Source of the DNA: Escherichia phage S143_2 | Sequence record: MZ189261.1 | Length of the DNA stretch: 64,000 bases | Reading direction: 5' to 3' (one strand) | Shown here: positions 42,850 through 51,956 of the stretch, piece after piece | Layout of the letters: each line of letters starts with the position of its first letter | Position numbering within the stretch: the stretch's first letter is position 1 | The notes under the pieces: generated by a model | Database searches by the model: none | Told to the model about the DNA's origin: nothing | The model's input: the letters and a program-made list of their open reading frames with translations, nothing else | Position numbers and translations under genes: made by a program

Positions 42850-42878
42850 ATAGTATCATGTTTAAAGGAAAAGTAAAC
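42850..42878 (-). promoter_or_regulatory. Early promoter (GTTTAC / TACTAT)
   Basis: Upstream of ORF 42568..42819, just downstream of the gene 32 terminator. Confidence 0.45.
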
Positions 42879-42905
42879 AACTTTTTTGGCAATTTACAGA
42901 TACTC

Positions 42906-42927
42906 AAAAGGGAGACCGAAGTCTCCC
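42906..42927 (-). terminator. Terminator after gene 32
   Basis: GGGAGAC-UUCG-GUCUCCC followed by UUUU on - strand RNA, 7 nt after gene 32 stop. Confidence 0.65.
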
Positions 42928-42933
42928 AATTTA

Positions 42934-43833
42934 TTATAGACCAGCTAACAGGTCATCGAGGTCACCATCGTCAGAAGACGAGGAACTCATGAAGTCATCT
43001 TCAGTTTTTGCAGAACTAAAGGCTTCCATGTCTTTATCAAAATCGTCGAGGTCAGAAGCAACTTTATCTGCAACAGAAGCTGCGGCAGCTGCTGCACCAC
43101 CAAGAGCGGCAGTACCAAGAACTTGATTAAATTTAGTATTCAGTTCTTCAAACGATTTGAACTTATCTTTAGAAGTCATTTCAGAAAGGTCAACCATTTG
43201 TTCGAACAATTCTTTCTGGAAAGATTCATCATCAATGTTTGGAATCGCAGATTGATTCAGGAATTTAGATTCGTCGTAGTTACTGAAACCAGAAACCTGT
43301 TTAACTTTCAGCACAAAGTTAGCACCTTCCCATGGGCAAGTTACATCAACAGGAGTTTCACCCATTTCAGTATCGACTGCAATCATTGCATTGATTTTGT
43401 CCCAAATCTTTTTACCAAAACGGTATTTGAATACTTTACCTTCATTATCTGGAGCTTGTGGATCTTTAACAACCAGGATATTAGCCCAATAAGAAGTTTT
43501 ACGTTTCAGTTGAGAATATTCTGTTTTGTTTGTATTGTACAGATCATTTTTACTAATGTACTGACATACCGGACAAGAGTCATAATCGCCGTGTGTAGAT
43601 GAACAGGTTTCAATATACCATTTGCCGTTTTTCTTGAACCCGTGGTTAACAAGAATTGCAAACGGAAGTGCGTCATCTGTTTTTGCCGGCAGGAAACGAA
43701 TTACCGCTTGACCATTACCGGATGCATCGAGTTTCAGCTTCCATTCACCTTTATCTTCTGAAGAGAAACCTTTGTTACCATTCAGTTTAGCCATCTGAGC
43801 TGCAAGGTCTGCGGTACTTTTACGTTTAAACAT
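42934..43833 (-). CDS. 32: Single-stranded DNA-binding protein gp32
   Basis: 299 aa; N-terminus [17 protein letters not shown] and zinc ligand pattern match T4 gp32; acidic C-terminal tail. Confidence 0.95.
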   Translation of the reverse strand: MFKRKSTADLAAQMAKLNGNKGFSSEDKGEWKLKLDASGNGQAVIRFLPAKTDDALPFAILVNHGFKKNGKWYIETCSSTHGDYDSCPVCQYISKNDLYNTNKTEYSQLKRKTSYWANILVVKDPQAPDNEGKVFKYRFGKKIWDKINAMIAVDTEMGETPVDVTCPWEGANFVLKVKQVSGFSNYDESKFLNQSAIPNIDDESFQKELFEQMVDLSEMTSKDKFKSFEELNTKFNQVLGTAALGGAAAAAASVADKVASDLDDFDKDMEAFSSAKTEDDFMSSSSSDDGDLDDLLAGL

Positions 43834-43910
43834 TTTATTTGCCTTTATTTAGATTAATTAAATTTTACAGTTGGTTGCTACGACACTTATACCTCGTAGC
43901 TGGTATGATT
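43834..43910 (-). promoter_or_regulatory. Gene 32 5' leader: stem-loop plus A/U-rich unstructured tract (candidate gp32 autoregulatory operator)
   Basis: 7-bp stem GCUACGA/UCGUAGC (43876..43900) followed toward the ATG by UAAA/UUAA-rich sequence, as in the T4 gene 32 operator. Confidence 0.45.
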
Positions 43911-43918
43911 TATTTATA
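43911..43918 (-). promoter_or_regulatory. Late promoter TATAAATA (gene 32)
   Basis: Motif on - strand about 75 nt upstream of gene 32 ATG. Confidence 0.45.
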
Positions 43919-43947
43919 AAGTAATTTTAACACACAAGAAATAAAGC

Positions 43948-44601
43948 TTAATACTTACATGATTTGATTGTTTCTATGAACAATTTCTTAGCAGCATTTC
44001 CATCGATTTGAAGTATTTTTCGATATGCCTTTAATTTGGTAGAATAATTTTGCCAGACTAAGTTATCGGTTAGTTCGTCGTGCTTATCTATAATATTCAA
44101 AAATGAGTCCAACAATAAGAAAGTCTCAAATGAAATTATATTGCTTTGTAGCAATTTGAATATGTAGCTCGACTGAACATTGTTATTATAATCAAATATC
44201 TCTTGAAGCGCACTAACTTCAACTTTCTTACCGAAATAGTAGATGTTACGTACATCTTCAGCAAACGTCTCCTTGGCTTGTTTGAGACGTCCAATATATT
44301 CCCTATAGAAAACTAATGCATCAGCGTCTGATATCTCACCAATCCATGCGTCTTGGTTAGCAACTAAGTTGCTTATGAATATCAAGGTGAGTTCCTTCAA
44401 TTTATATTTCTCTGCTAGTTTTTCAAAGAAATATTTATCTCGGCGTTTTTGATACGCATTATCCGAAACACGCATGCACCAGTTATATTTGATTACGTCA
44501 TACCGACCATTAAAATGTTGTTTGCACATCAAGTATAGTTTGTATACCGATTTTCCGTTAATATAACGTTCTCCATCAGGAGGCATGCGTATTTTAATCA
44601 T
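43948..44601 (-). CDS. 59: Helicase loader gp59
   Basis: 217 aa (T4 gp59 217 aa); close match as remembered. Confidence 0.9.
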   Translation of the reverse strand: MIKIRMPPDGERYINGKSVYKLYLMCKQHFNGRYDVIKYNWCMRVSDNAYQKRRDKYFFEKLAEKYKLKELTLIFISNLVANQDAWIGEISDADALVFYREYIGRLKQAKETFAEDVRNIYYFGKKVEVSALQEIFDYNNNVQSSYIFKLLQSNIISFETFLLLDSFLNIIDKHDELTDNLVWQNYSTKLKAYRKILQIDGNAAKKLFIETIKSCKY

Positions 44602-44936
44602 AATAAGAAATCTAACGTATTAGTTTTTTCACCACGAGCAACTGATGGGCGAAGCATATTTTCGTCAATTGCTTCGCTTGTAATTTTTTCAACAATTCCT
44701 GTAGGAATAAATTTAGCAAATTGTGTTTCTGGAATAGAATTTTCTTCCAAGAAAGCAGTTGTTGCTTCTAAATAAGACATACCAAATTGTTCAACCATGG
44801 ATTCGATAATGAATCCATTTTCTTGACGGTCAAGCAATTTAGCGATATCATCTTTATCGTGTTTTACTGCTAATTCTTGTTCAGATAAACCGGCCTCATC
44901 AACCGGTTTAATATCACTTAGTGAAAACTGTGTCAT
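44598..44936 (-). CDS. 33: Late transcription co-activator gp33
   Basis: 112 aa (T4 gp33 112 aa); close match as remembered. Confidence 0.85.
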   Translation of the reverse strand: MTQFSLSDIKPVDEAGLSEQELAVKHDKDDIAKLLDRQENGFIIESMVEQFGMSYLEATTAFLEENSIPETQFAKFIPTGIVEKITSEAIDENMLRPSVARGEKTNTLDFLL

Positions 44937-45183
44937 AAAGCTCGACTACCTCTTCGTTTTCAGCTTCAAATTGGTCACGAGCGTCTTTATGATAAAGAGC
45001 TAACAAACGATTAAACATTTTTCCATCGACGCCAAGCTCTTCTTTAGCACGAGTACGAATGTCTTTAATCAGTTCATTATAACCAGAAATTTTAAGTTTG
45101 TTATCAGAAGCTTCCTTGACTAGTTTAGCCAGTTCTTCACCATGCACATCTTGATTAAATTCAACTGCTTCTTTCTTAGCCAT
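44914..45183 (-). CDS. dsbA: dsDNA-binding protein DsbA
   Basis: Start at MAKKEAVEF (RBS GAGG) gives 89 aa, the T4 DsbA length; 95-aa ORF-track start rejected. Confidence 0.7.
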   Translation of the reverse strand: MAKKEAVEFNQDVHGEELAKLVKEASDNKLKISGYNELIKDIRTRAKEELGVDGKMFNRLLALYHKDARDQFEAENEEVVELYDTVFTK

Positions 45184-45190
45184 GTTTACC

Positions 45191-46108
45191 TCAGAATTCA
45201 TTAATTACACTTGTTAATTTAGAAAGACCAGATTTTACAAAGTATGAATAAATCTTGCCTTTAGGTTGTGGTTTATATGAGTTATAATACTCTATAATAG
45301 TTGAAGCAATATTATCAGGGATATAATCAAAATCAATGAGAACCAAATTTTCTTGATACCGTTTATATTCTTCAGCACTTAATAATACTTCAGCTTGAGA
45401 ACGGTCGTTAGCAATTGCTTCAATAATTGAAGTTTTCATGCTCGGAGTTCGTTCACCATCAACTCTGGTAAACCAGAAGTCGCCACGAACTCGAACAGAT
45501 GCAACCCCGTCTTTACGGTCACCTTTAAGAATTTTAGTCATGCAATCAATTTCAGCAGAACCGTTCTTAATTTTAACCCATTTTTTCTGTGGTGGTGACC
45601 ACTGTTTAACGTTAGGATATTTGTGTAATTGTGTAAAGTCACCGTCTGATGCAACAATACATACCTTATGTCCAGCTAATGACAAATATTTAGTTAATAC
45701 ACCGATATGGTCATCCGCTTCATATTTGTCAATATCCATTACAACGTATGGCATGTATTTCTTAATCTCATCAACAACTTGACGGAGTGCAGTAAAATAT
45801 CCTTCCCAATCCCACTTTGAAGCTTCACGATCGGTTTTACGATTTTTCTTGTAATAGTAAGCAAAGTCACGACGCCAATAACCTGAAGTAGCATTATCCA
45901 TACACAATACAAATTTTGTATAGCCTTGCTTACGGAACATCACCACGTTTTTACGAATTGAATTCAAGATTACATGGCGAACCATCGGAACAGTAATTTT
46001 ATCACCGTCTTCAAAGTTGTTTAATGCAGCTGCCAATGCAATGTTACTAAAGTCGGCAAGTGCAATACCTTCTTTGTAATCTTCATCCAACATCATTTCT
46101 AAATCCAT
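45191..46108 (-). CDS. rnh: RNase H (5'-3' exonuclease / flap endonuclease)
   Basis: 305 aa (T4 RNase H 305 aa); early promoter upstream. Confidence 0.9.
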   Translation of the reverse strand: MDLEMMLDEDYKEGIALADFSNIALAAALNNFEDGDKITVPMVRHVILNSIRKNVVMFRKQGYTKFVLCMDNATSGYWRRDFAYYYKKNRKTDREASKWDWEGYFTALRQVVDEIKKYMPYVVMDIDKYEADDHIGVLTKYLSLAGHKVCIVASDGDFTQLHKYPNVKQWSPPQKKWVKIKNGSAEIDCMTKILKGDRKDGVASVRVRGDFWFTRVDGERTPSMKTSIIEAIANDRSQAEVLLSAEEYKRYQENLVLIDFDYIPDNIASTIIEYYNSYKPQPKGKIYSYFVKSGLSKLTSVINEF

Positions 46109-46140
46109 ATGAACCTCTTGTTCAGTTAGTCAACTTGACT

Positions 46141-46169
46141 ATAGTAACATACTCATTTGAAAGCGTAAA
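46141..46169 (-). promoter_or_regulatory. Early promoter (GTTTAC / TACTAT) for rnh
   Basis: Upstream of rnh ATG 46108; back-to-back with the + strand late promoter of gene 34. Confidence 0.45.
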
Positions 46170-46173
46170 CTGG

Positions 46174-46181
46174 TATAAATA
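46174..46181 (+). promoter_or_regulatory. Late promoter TATAAATA (gene 34)
   Basis: Exact motif 31 nt upstream of gene 34 ATG. Confidence 0.55.
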
Positions 46182-46211
46182 AGTATTATTGAAACAATAA
46201 AGGAAAAACGA

Positions 46212-49200
46212 ATGGCCGACATCAAACGTAAGTTCAGAGCCGAAGACGGTCTGGACGCCGGTGGCGACAAGATTGTTAACGTAGCATTAGCCGACCGTAC
46301 AGTAGGTACTGATGGCGTAAACGTTGACTTCCTGGTACAAGAAAACACCGTTCAAGTATATGATTCTACGCGTGGATATAACAAAGGATTTGTTGTTCTT
46401 TATGACAACCGTTTATATCAAGCAATAAATGATATCGTGTCTCCTTCCGGGGCATTTAACCTTTTACAATGGCGTACAGTTCGCACCGATGCACAATGGA
46501 TAACTGTCGCTTCTGGGACTTATCAACTTTCTTCAGGTGAATCGATTTCGGTTAACACTGGCGCCGGCAATGATATGGTTTTCACGTTGCCAAATGCGCC
46601 GGTTGATGGTGATACTGTTGTTTTGGCTGATATTGGTGGAAGAACCGGGACAGTTAAAGTACAGATTAACGCGTCTGTGCAGAGTATTTTAAACTTTAGA
46701 GGTGAACAAGTTCGTACAGTTTTAATGACGCGACCACGTTCACAACTAGTGTTTGTGTTTAGTAATCGTTTGTGGCAGATGTATATCATTGATTACGGTA
46801 AAGAATCAATCACTGTTACACCTGCGGCACCATATCAAGCACAAGCAAATGATTTTATCGTTCGTCGTTTTACTAGTGCAGCACCAATCAACATTACACT
46901 TCCACGTAATGCTAACAATGGTGATATAATCAGCCTAGTCGATTTAGATAAATTAAACCCACTGTATCATACAATTGTTAAAACATTTGATGATACAACG
47001 TCTATTGGTGAAGTCGGGACTCATACTGCCGAAGGCAGAAATGACTCTGACGCGTTTTTTGTTTTTGATGCTGCAAATAGTTTATGGCGTATATGGGAAG
47101 GCGACCAGAAATCGCGTCTTCGTATTATCCGTGCGGATTCAAATATTCGTCCAAATGAAGAAGTTCTTATTTTTGGCACAAATAACGCTGCAACCGGAAC
47201 TATTAATCTTACGCTGCCTACCGGAATTTTGAGTGGTGACACTGTTAAAATTTCAATGAACTACATGCGTAAAGGCCAAACAGTAAAAATTAAAGCTGCC
47301 GAAGGTGATACAATTGCTTCTTCTGTTGCGTTGCTTCAGTTCCCTAAACGTTCTGAATATCCACCTGATGCTCAATGGGTCTCTGTTACTGAACTAGAAT
47401 TCAATGGCACTACTTCATATGTTCCTGTATTAGAATTATCGTATATCGAAGACACCGTTGCTGGTACACGTTATTGGGTTGTGCAACAGAATGTCCCTAC
47501 GATAGAACGTGTTGATGCTGGAACTGATGCTACACGAGCTCGTTTAGGTGTTATTGCTCTTGCAACTCAGGCACAGGCAAACGTTGATTTTGAAAATTCT
47601 CCGGCTAAAGAAGTTGCTATTACTCCTGAAACGTTGGCAAATCGTACAGCAACTGAAGCTCGACGTGGTATCGCTAAAATTGCTACAACAGCACAAGTTA
47701 ACCAGAATTCCACAGCATCATTTGTGGACGATACTATTGTTACGCCTAAAAAACTAAATGAGCGTACAGCAACTGAAACTCGTCGCGGTCTTGCTGAAAT
47801 TGCTACTCAGGCTGAAACCGATGCTGGTCTTGATGACACAACGATTATTACGCCTAAGAAATTACAGGCACGTCAGGGTTCCGAAACACTATCGGGTATA
47901 GTTAAATATGTATCGACTACTTCTGCTATTCCTGCTGAAACTCGTGGTGCCGCAGGCACTAACGTTTATAATAAAACCGTAAATAATTTAACTATTTCTC
48001 CTAAAGCCCTTGACCAATATAAAGCAACTTATGCTCAACAAGGTGCAGTAATTTTAGCTATTGATAGTGAAGTAATTGCTGGACAATCTCAGTCTGGATA
48101 CTCTCACGCTGTAGTAACTCCTGAAACACTACATAAGAAAACTTCTACTGATGGACGTATTGGTTTAATTGAAATTGCTACGCAAGCAGAAACTAATGCT
48201 GGGACTGATTATACACGTGCAGTAACGCCTAAGACGTTAAATGATAGGAGAGCGACGGAAGGATTATCCGGCATAGCCGAAATTGCTACGCAAGTTGAAT
48301 TTGATACTGGAACTGATGATACTCGTATCTCGACTCCACTGAAAATTAAAACTCATTTTGATTCTTCTGACCGTACCAGTGTTAATTCTGATTCCGGACT
48401 TATTGAAGAAGGAACCTTGTGGAACCATTATACTCTTGATATTTCTAAAGCAAATGAAACACAACGTGGTACACTTCGCGTAGCGACCCAGGCAGAATCT
48501 AATGCAGGAACTTTAGACGATGTTCTTATTACTCCTAAAAAGCTTTTAGGGACTAAGTCCACTGAAACGTCTGAAGGCGTAATTAAGGTTGCTACTCAGG
48601 CTGAAACTGTAACAGGAACTTCTGCTAATACTGCTGTATCTCCTAAGAATTTAAAATGGATTGTGCAGAGTGAACCAACATGGGCTGCTACTACGGTGAT
48701 AAGAGGTTTTGTTAAAACTTCATCTGGTTCAATTACATTCGTTGGTAATGATACAGTCGGTTCTACACAGAACTTAGAGCTATACGAGAAAAATAGCTAT
48801 GCAGTATCACCGTATGAATTAAACCGTGTATTAGCAAATTACTTGCCATTAAAAGCAAAAGCTGCTGACACGAATTTATTGGATGGTCTAGATTCATCTC
48901 AGTTCATTCGTAGGGACATTGCACAGACGGTTAATGGTTCACTAACCTTAACCCAACAAACGAATCTGAGTGCCCCTCTTGTATCATCTAGTACTGCTAC
49001 GTTTGGTGGTTCTTTAGCTGCTAATTCTACATTTACTATTCGTAATACAGGTGCTTCAACTCGTTTGATATTTGAAAAGGGACCACAAACTGGAAATAAC
49101 CCGTTTCAAACCATGAATATCCGAGTATGGGGTAACCAATTCGCTGGTGGTTCTGATACAAGTCGTTCTACGATATTTGAAGTTGGTGATGAAACGTCTA

Positions 49201-50087
49201 ATCACTTTTATTCTCAACGTAATAAAGCTGGGAATATAACATTTAGTATCAATGGTACTGTAATGCCAATAAATGTTAATGCTTCGGGTTCTTTGAATGC
49301 GAACGGCGTTGCAACATTTGGTAGCTCAGTTACTGCTAATGGTGAATTCATCAGCAAGTCTGCAAACGCATTTAGAGCTATTAGTGGTAATTACGGATTC
49401 TTAATTCGTAATGATGGTTCTAATACCTATTTTCTGCTAACTAATTCAGGTGAACAGACAGGTGGTTTTAATGGATTACGTCCTATCGCGATAAATAATG
49501 CCTCCGGTTTAGTATCTATTGCCGAAGGATTAATTATTGCTAAAGGTGCTACTATAAATTCAGGTGGTTTAACTGTTAACTCTAGAATTCGTTCTCAGGG
49601 CACTAAAACATCTGACTTATATACCAGTGCTCCAACATCTGATACTGTAGGATTCTGGTCAATCGATATTAATGATTCAGCTACTTATAACCAGTTCCCA
49701 GGTTATTTTAAAATGGTTGAAAAAACTAATGAAGTGACTGGACTTCCATACTTAGAACGTGGTGAAGAAGTTAAATCTCCTGGTACATTGACTCAGTTTG
49801 GTAACACACTTGATTCGCTTTACCAAGATTGGATTACTTATCCAACAACTCCAGAAGCACGTACAACCCGTTGGACACGTACATGGCAGAAAACCAAAAA
49901 CTCCTGGTCAAGTTTTGTTCAGGTATTTGATGGTGGAAACCCTCCTCAACCTTCTGATATCGGCGCTTTACCTTCTGATAATGCAACAATCGGAAACTTG
50001 ACAATAAGGGATTTCTTAAGGATTGGTAATGTCCGCATTATTCCAGACCCTGTGAATAAATCTGTTAAATTTGAGTGGATTGAATAA
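46212..50087 (+). CDS. 34: Long tail fibre proximal subunit gp34
   Basis: 1291 aa (T4 gp34 1289 aa); late promoter TATAAATA at 46174..46181; internal periodic repeats. Confidence 0.95.
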   Translation: MADIKRKFRAEDGLDAGGDKIVNVALADRTVGTDGVNVDFLVQENTVQVYDSTRGYNKGFVVLYDNRLYQAINDIVSPSGAFNLLQWRTVRTDAQWITVASGTYQLSSGESISVNTGAGNDMVFTLPNAPVDGDTVVLADIGGRTGTVKVQINASVQSILNFRGEQVRTVLMTRPRSQLVFVFSNRLWQMYIIDYGKESITVTPAAPYQAQANDFIVRRFTSAAPINITLPRNANNGDIISLVDLDKLNPLYHTIVKTFDDTTSIGEVGTHTAEGRNDSDAFFVFDAANSLWRIWEGDQKSRLRIIRADSNIRPNEEVLIFGTNNAATGTINLTLPTGILSGDTVKISMNYMRKGQTVKIKAAEGDTIASSVALLQFPKRSEYPPDAQWVSVTELEFNGTTSYVPVLELSYIEDTVAGTRYWVVQQNVPTIERVDAGTDATRARLGVIALATQAQANVDFENSPAKEVAITPETLANRTATEARRGIAKIATTAQVNQNSTASFVDDTIVTPKKLNERTATETRRGLAEIATQAETDAGLDDTTIITPKKLQARQGSETLSGIVKYVSTTSAIPAETRGAAGTNVYNKTVNNLTISPKALDQYKATYAQQGAVILAIDSEVIAGQSQSGYSHAVVTPETLHKKTSTDGRIGLIEIATQAETNAGTDYTRAVTPKTLNDRRATEGLSGIAEIATQVEFDTGTDDTRISTPLKIKTHFDSSDRTSVNSDSGLIEEGTLWNHYTLDISKANETQRGTLRVATQAESNAGTLDDVLITPKKLLGTKSTETSEGVIKVATQAETVTGTSANTAVSPKNLKWIVQSEPTWAATTVIRGFVKTSSGSITFVGNDTVGSTQNLELYEKNSYAVSPYELNRVLANYLPLKAKAADTNLLDGLDSSQFIRRDIAQTVNGSLTLTQQTNLSAPLVSSSTATFGGSLAANSTFTIRNTGASTRLIFEKGPQTGNNPFQTMNIRVWGNQFAGGSDTSRSTIFEVGDETSNHFYSQRNKAGNITFSINGTVMPINVNASGSLNANGVATFGSSVTANGEFISKSANAFRAISGNYGFLIRNDGSNTYFLLTNSGEQTGGFNGLRPIAINNASGLVSIAEGLIIAKGATINSGGLTVNSRIRSQGTKTSDLYTSAPTSDTVGFWSIDINDSATYNQFPGYFKMVEKTNEVTGLPYLERGEEVKSPGTLTQFGNTLDSLYQDWITYPTTPEARTTRWTRTWQKTKNSWSSFVQVFDGGNPPQPSDIGALPSDNATIGNLTIRDFLRIGNVRIIPDPVNKSVKFEWIE
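47531..48660 (+). repeat. Periodic intragenic protein repeats in gp34 (motif ..R.G(I/L)..IATQAE...G.D.T..(I/V)TPK.L)
   Basis: At least six degenerate copies spaced about 35-40 codons apart in the gp34 translation. Confidence 0.55.
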
Positions 50088-50095
50088 GAGGTATT

Positions 50096-51223
50096 ATGGA
50101 AAAATTTATGGCTAAGTTTGGACAAGGATACGTCCAAACGCCATTTTTATCGGAAAGCAATTCAGTACGATTTAAATTAAGCATAGCGGGCTCTTGCCCG
50201 TTATCAACATCTCCTACTTATATTAAGTTCCAAGATAATCCACTTGGGTCCCAGGTTTTTTCCGTTGGATTAAACGTTCGTGTAATAAATCCTACAACAG
50301 GTGCAGTAGTTGAATCCAAGTCGTATGATTTCTCTACTGAAAACGACGCCACGTCAAGTGCATTTGTTACTTACATGGACACATATGCTTCTAATTTTAT
50401 ATTTGCTCTTGTTACTAATGCTAAAACAAACTTTCCACCCGAAGTTCTTGCATGGTTTACCAAAGCTGGGAGTTCTGTTATTCCATTAGCCCAACAAGTT
50501 TTAAATATAGTGGACATTTCTTATTCGGCATTTTATATTTCTGGTAAGAATGCTATAGCACTAGAACATATTAAGTATAGTAATAAGAAAACTTCAACCG
50601 ACTATAGTACACCACTTGATGTTGTGTATGACACGATTGATGATATTGGTGCTACCGGCTTCCCTAGTCGTACGTACGAATCGTCAGACACATTTTTATC
50701 TGCTGTTGGAGGTACTAATAATGAAATTAAAAGGATGCCTACAACATCCCTTATTACACCTCTCGCTGGGTATAAATTGAAGGCTGGAGATTTCCTTTAT
50801 ATGAAATTCCAACTAATGGCCGATGCTGATTTGTTAGCACAAGGGACGACACGACTTTCTATTCGGTTCTTTAAATCTCCTTCTACTTCACCTATTTCAT
50901 TTAAGGATATAAACTTTGATGGGGGTGCAGGTGAATGGAAGATATATGAAGACTACATAGAAATTCCTGCTGGTGCCGACGGGTTCACGATTTATTGTTA
51001 TCGTACAGCTCCAGTAGGGCAAGGTGGATTAAGAAACGTTATATTCACTGAAGTATCATGTAATGGAAGCGTTTCAAAACCTGCAGAGTTTGGTATAAAT
51101 GGTATTCGTGTAAATTATGTTTCAGAATCTTTAAGCGCCCCAGACATAATGACATTACCTACTCAATCTTCAACTGATACTGGTAAGGTATTTGGACAAG
51201 AATTTAAAGAAGCATCAGAATAA
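50096..51223 (+). CDS. 35: Long tail fibre hinge protein gp35
   Basis: 375 aa (T4 gp35 372 aa); T4 synteny. Confidence 0.85.
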   Translation: MEKFMAKFGQGYVQTPFLSESNSVRFKLSIAGSCPLSTSPTYIKFQDNPLGSQVFSVGLNVRVINPTTGAVVESKSYDFSTENDATSSAFVTYMDTYASNFIFALVTNAKTNFPPEVLAWFTKAGSSVIPLAQQVLNIVDISYSAFYISGKNAIALEHIKYSNKKTSTDYSTPLDVVYDTIDDIGATGFPSRTYESSDTFLSAVGGTNNEIKRMPTTSLITPLAGYKLKAGDFLYMKFQLMADADLLAQGTTRLSIRFFKSPSTSPISFKDINFDGGAGEWKIYEDYIEIPAGADGFTIYCYRTAPVGQGGLRNVIFTEVSCNGSVSKPAEFGINGIRVNYVSESLSAPDIMTLPTQSSTDTGKVFGQEFKEASE

Positions 51224-51228
51224 ATTTA

Positions 51229-51252
51229 GGGAGACTTCGGTCTCCCATTTTT
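51229..51252 (+). terminator. Terminator after gene 35
   Basis: GGGAGAC-UUCG-GUCUCCC followed by ATTTTT. Confidence 0.65.
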
Positions 51253-51253
51253 G

Positions 51254-51261
51254 TATAAATA
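51254..51261 (+). promoter_or_regulatory. Late promoter TATAAATA (gene 36)
   Basis: Exact motif 25 nt upstream of gene 36 ATG. Confidence 0.55.
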
Positions 51262-51285
51262 TGGTATACATATAAGGAGACAACT

Positions 51286-51948
51286 ATGGCCGATTTAAAA
51301 GCTGGTAGTACAACTGGCGGTGCCGTTATATGGCACCAAGGTAATTTCCCTTTAATGCCAGCAGGTGATGACGTCCTGTATAAAACGTTTAAACTCTATT
51401 CAGAATATAATAAACCACAAGCTGCTGATAACGATTTCGTTTCTAAAGCTAATGGTGGTACTTACGCCGCAACTGTTCGATTTAATGGAGGCGTACATGT
51501 TCCTACTATAGGTAGTAGTCAACAGTGTGGTGTTTATCCAGGTAACGGTGATGCAGCTACTTTTGCTATGGCAAATATTGACATCGTTTCGTGGAATGGT
51601 ATTGGTTTTAAGTCATCACAAGGTTCAGCCGACCGAACTGTTGTAATTAATGCACGTAATGGTGATATTAGTACAAAAGGCGTTGTGACAGCAGTAGGTC
51701 AAATAAGAACTAATGCAGTTGCTCCAGTTGCAGCGAATGATCTCACAAGAAAAGATTACGTTGATGGACGAATAAATATTGTTACAGATAACGCAAATTC
51801 CCGTGTATTGCGTTCTGGCGATACCATGGCTGGTACTTTAACAGCACCAAACTTTTTCTCACAGAATCCGGCGTCTGAGGCTAATCATGTTCCTCGTTTC
51901 GACCAGATTGTAATTAAAGATTCTGTTCAAGATTTCGGCTATTATTAA
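51286..51948 (+). CDS. 36: Long tail fibre distal-half connector gp36
   Basis: 220 aa; late promoter at 51254..51261. Confidence 0.85.
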   Translation: MADLKAGSTTGGAVIWHQGNFPLMPAGDDVLYKTFKLYSEYNKPQAADNDFVSKANGGTYAATVRFNGGVHVPTIGSSQQCGVYPGNGDAATFAMANIDIVSWNGIGFKSSQGSADRTVVINARNGDISTKGVVTAVGQIRTNAVAPVAANDLTRKDYVDGRINIVTDNANSRVLRSGDTMAGTLTAPNFFSQNPASEANHVPRFDQIVIKDSVQDFGYY

Positions 51949-51956
51949 GAGGACTT

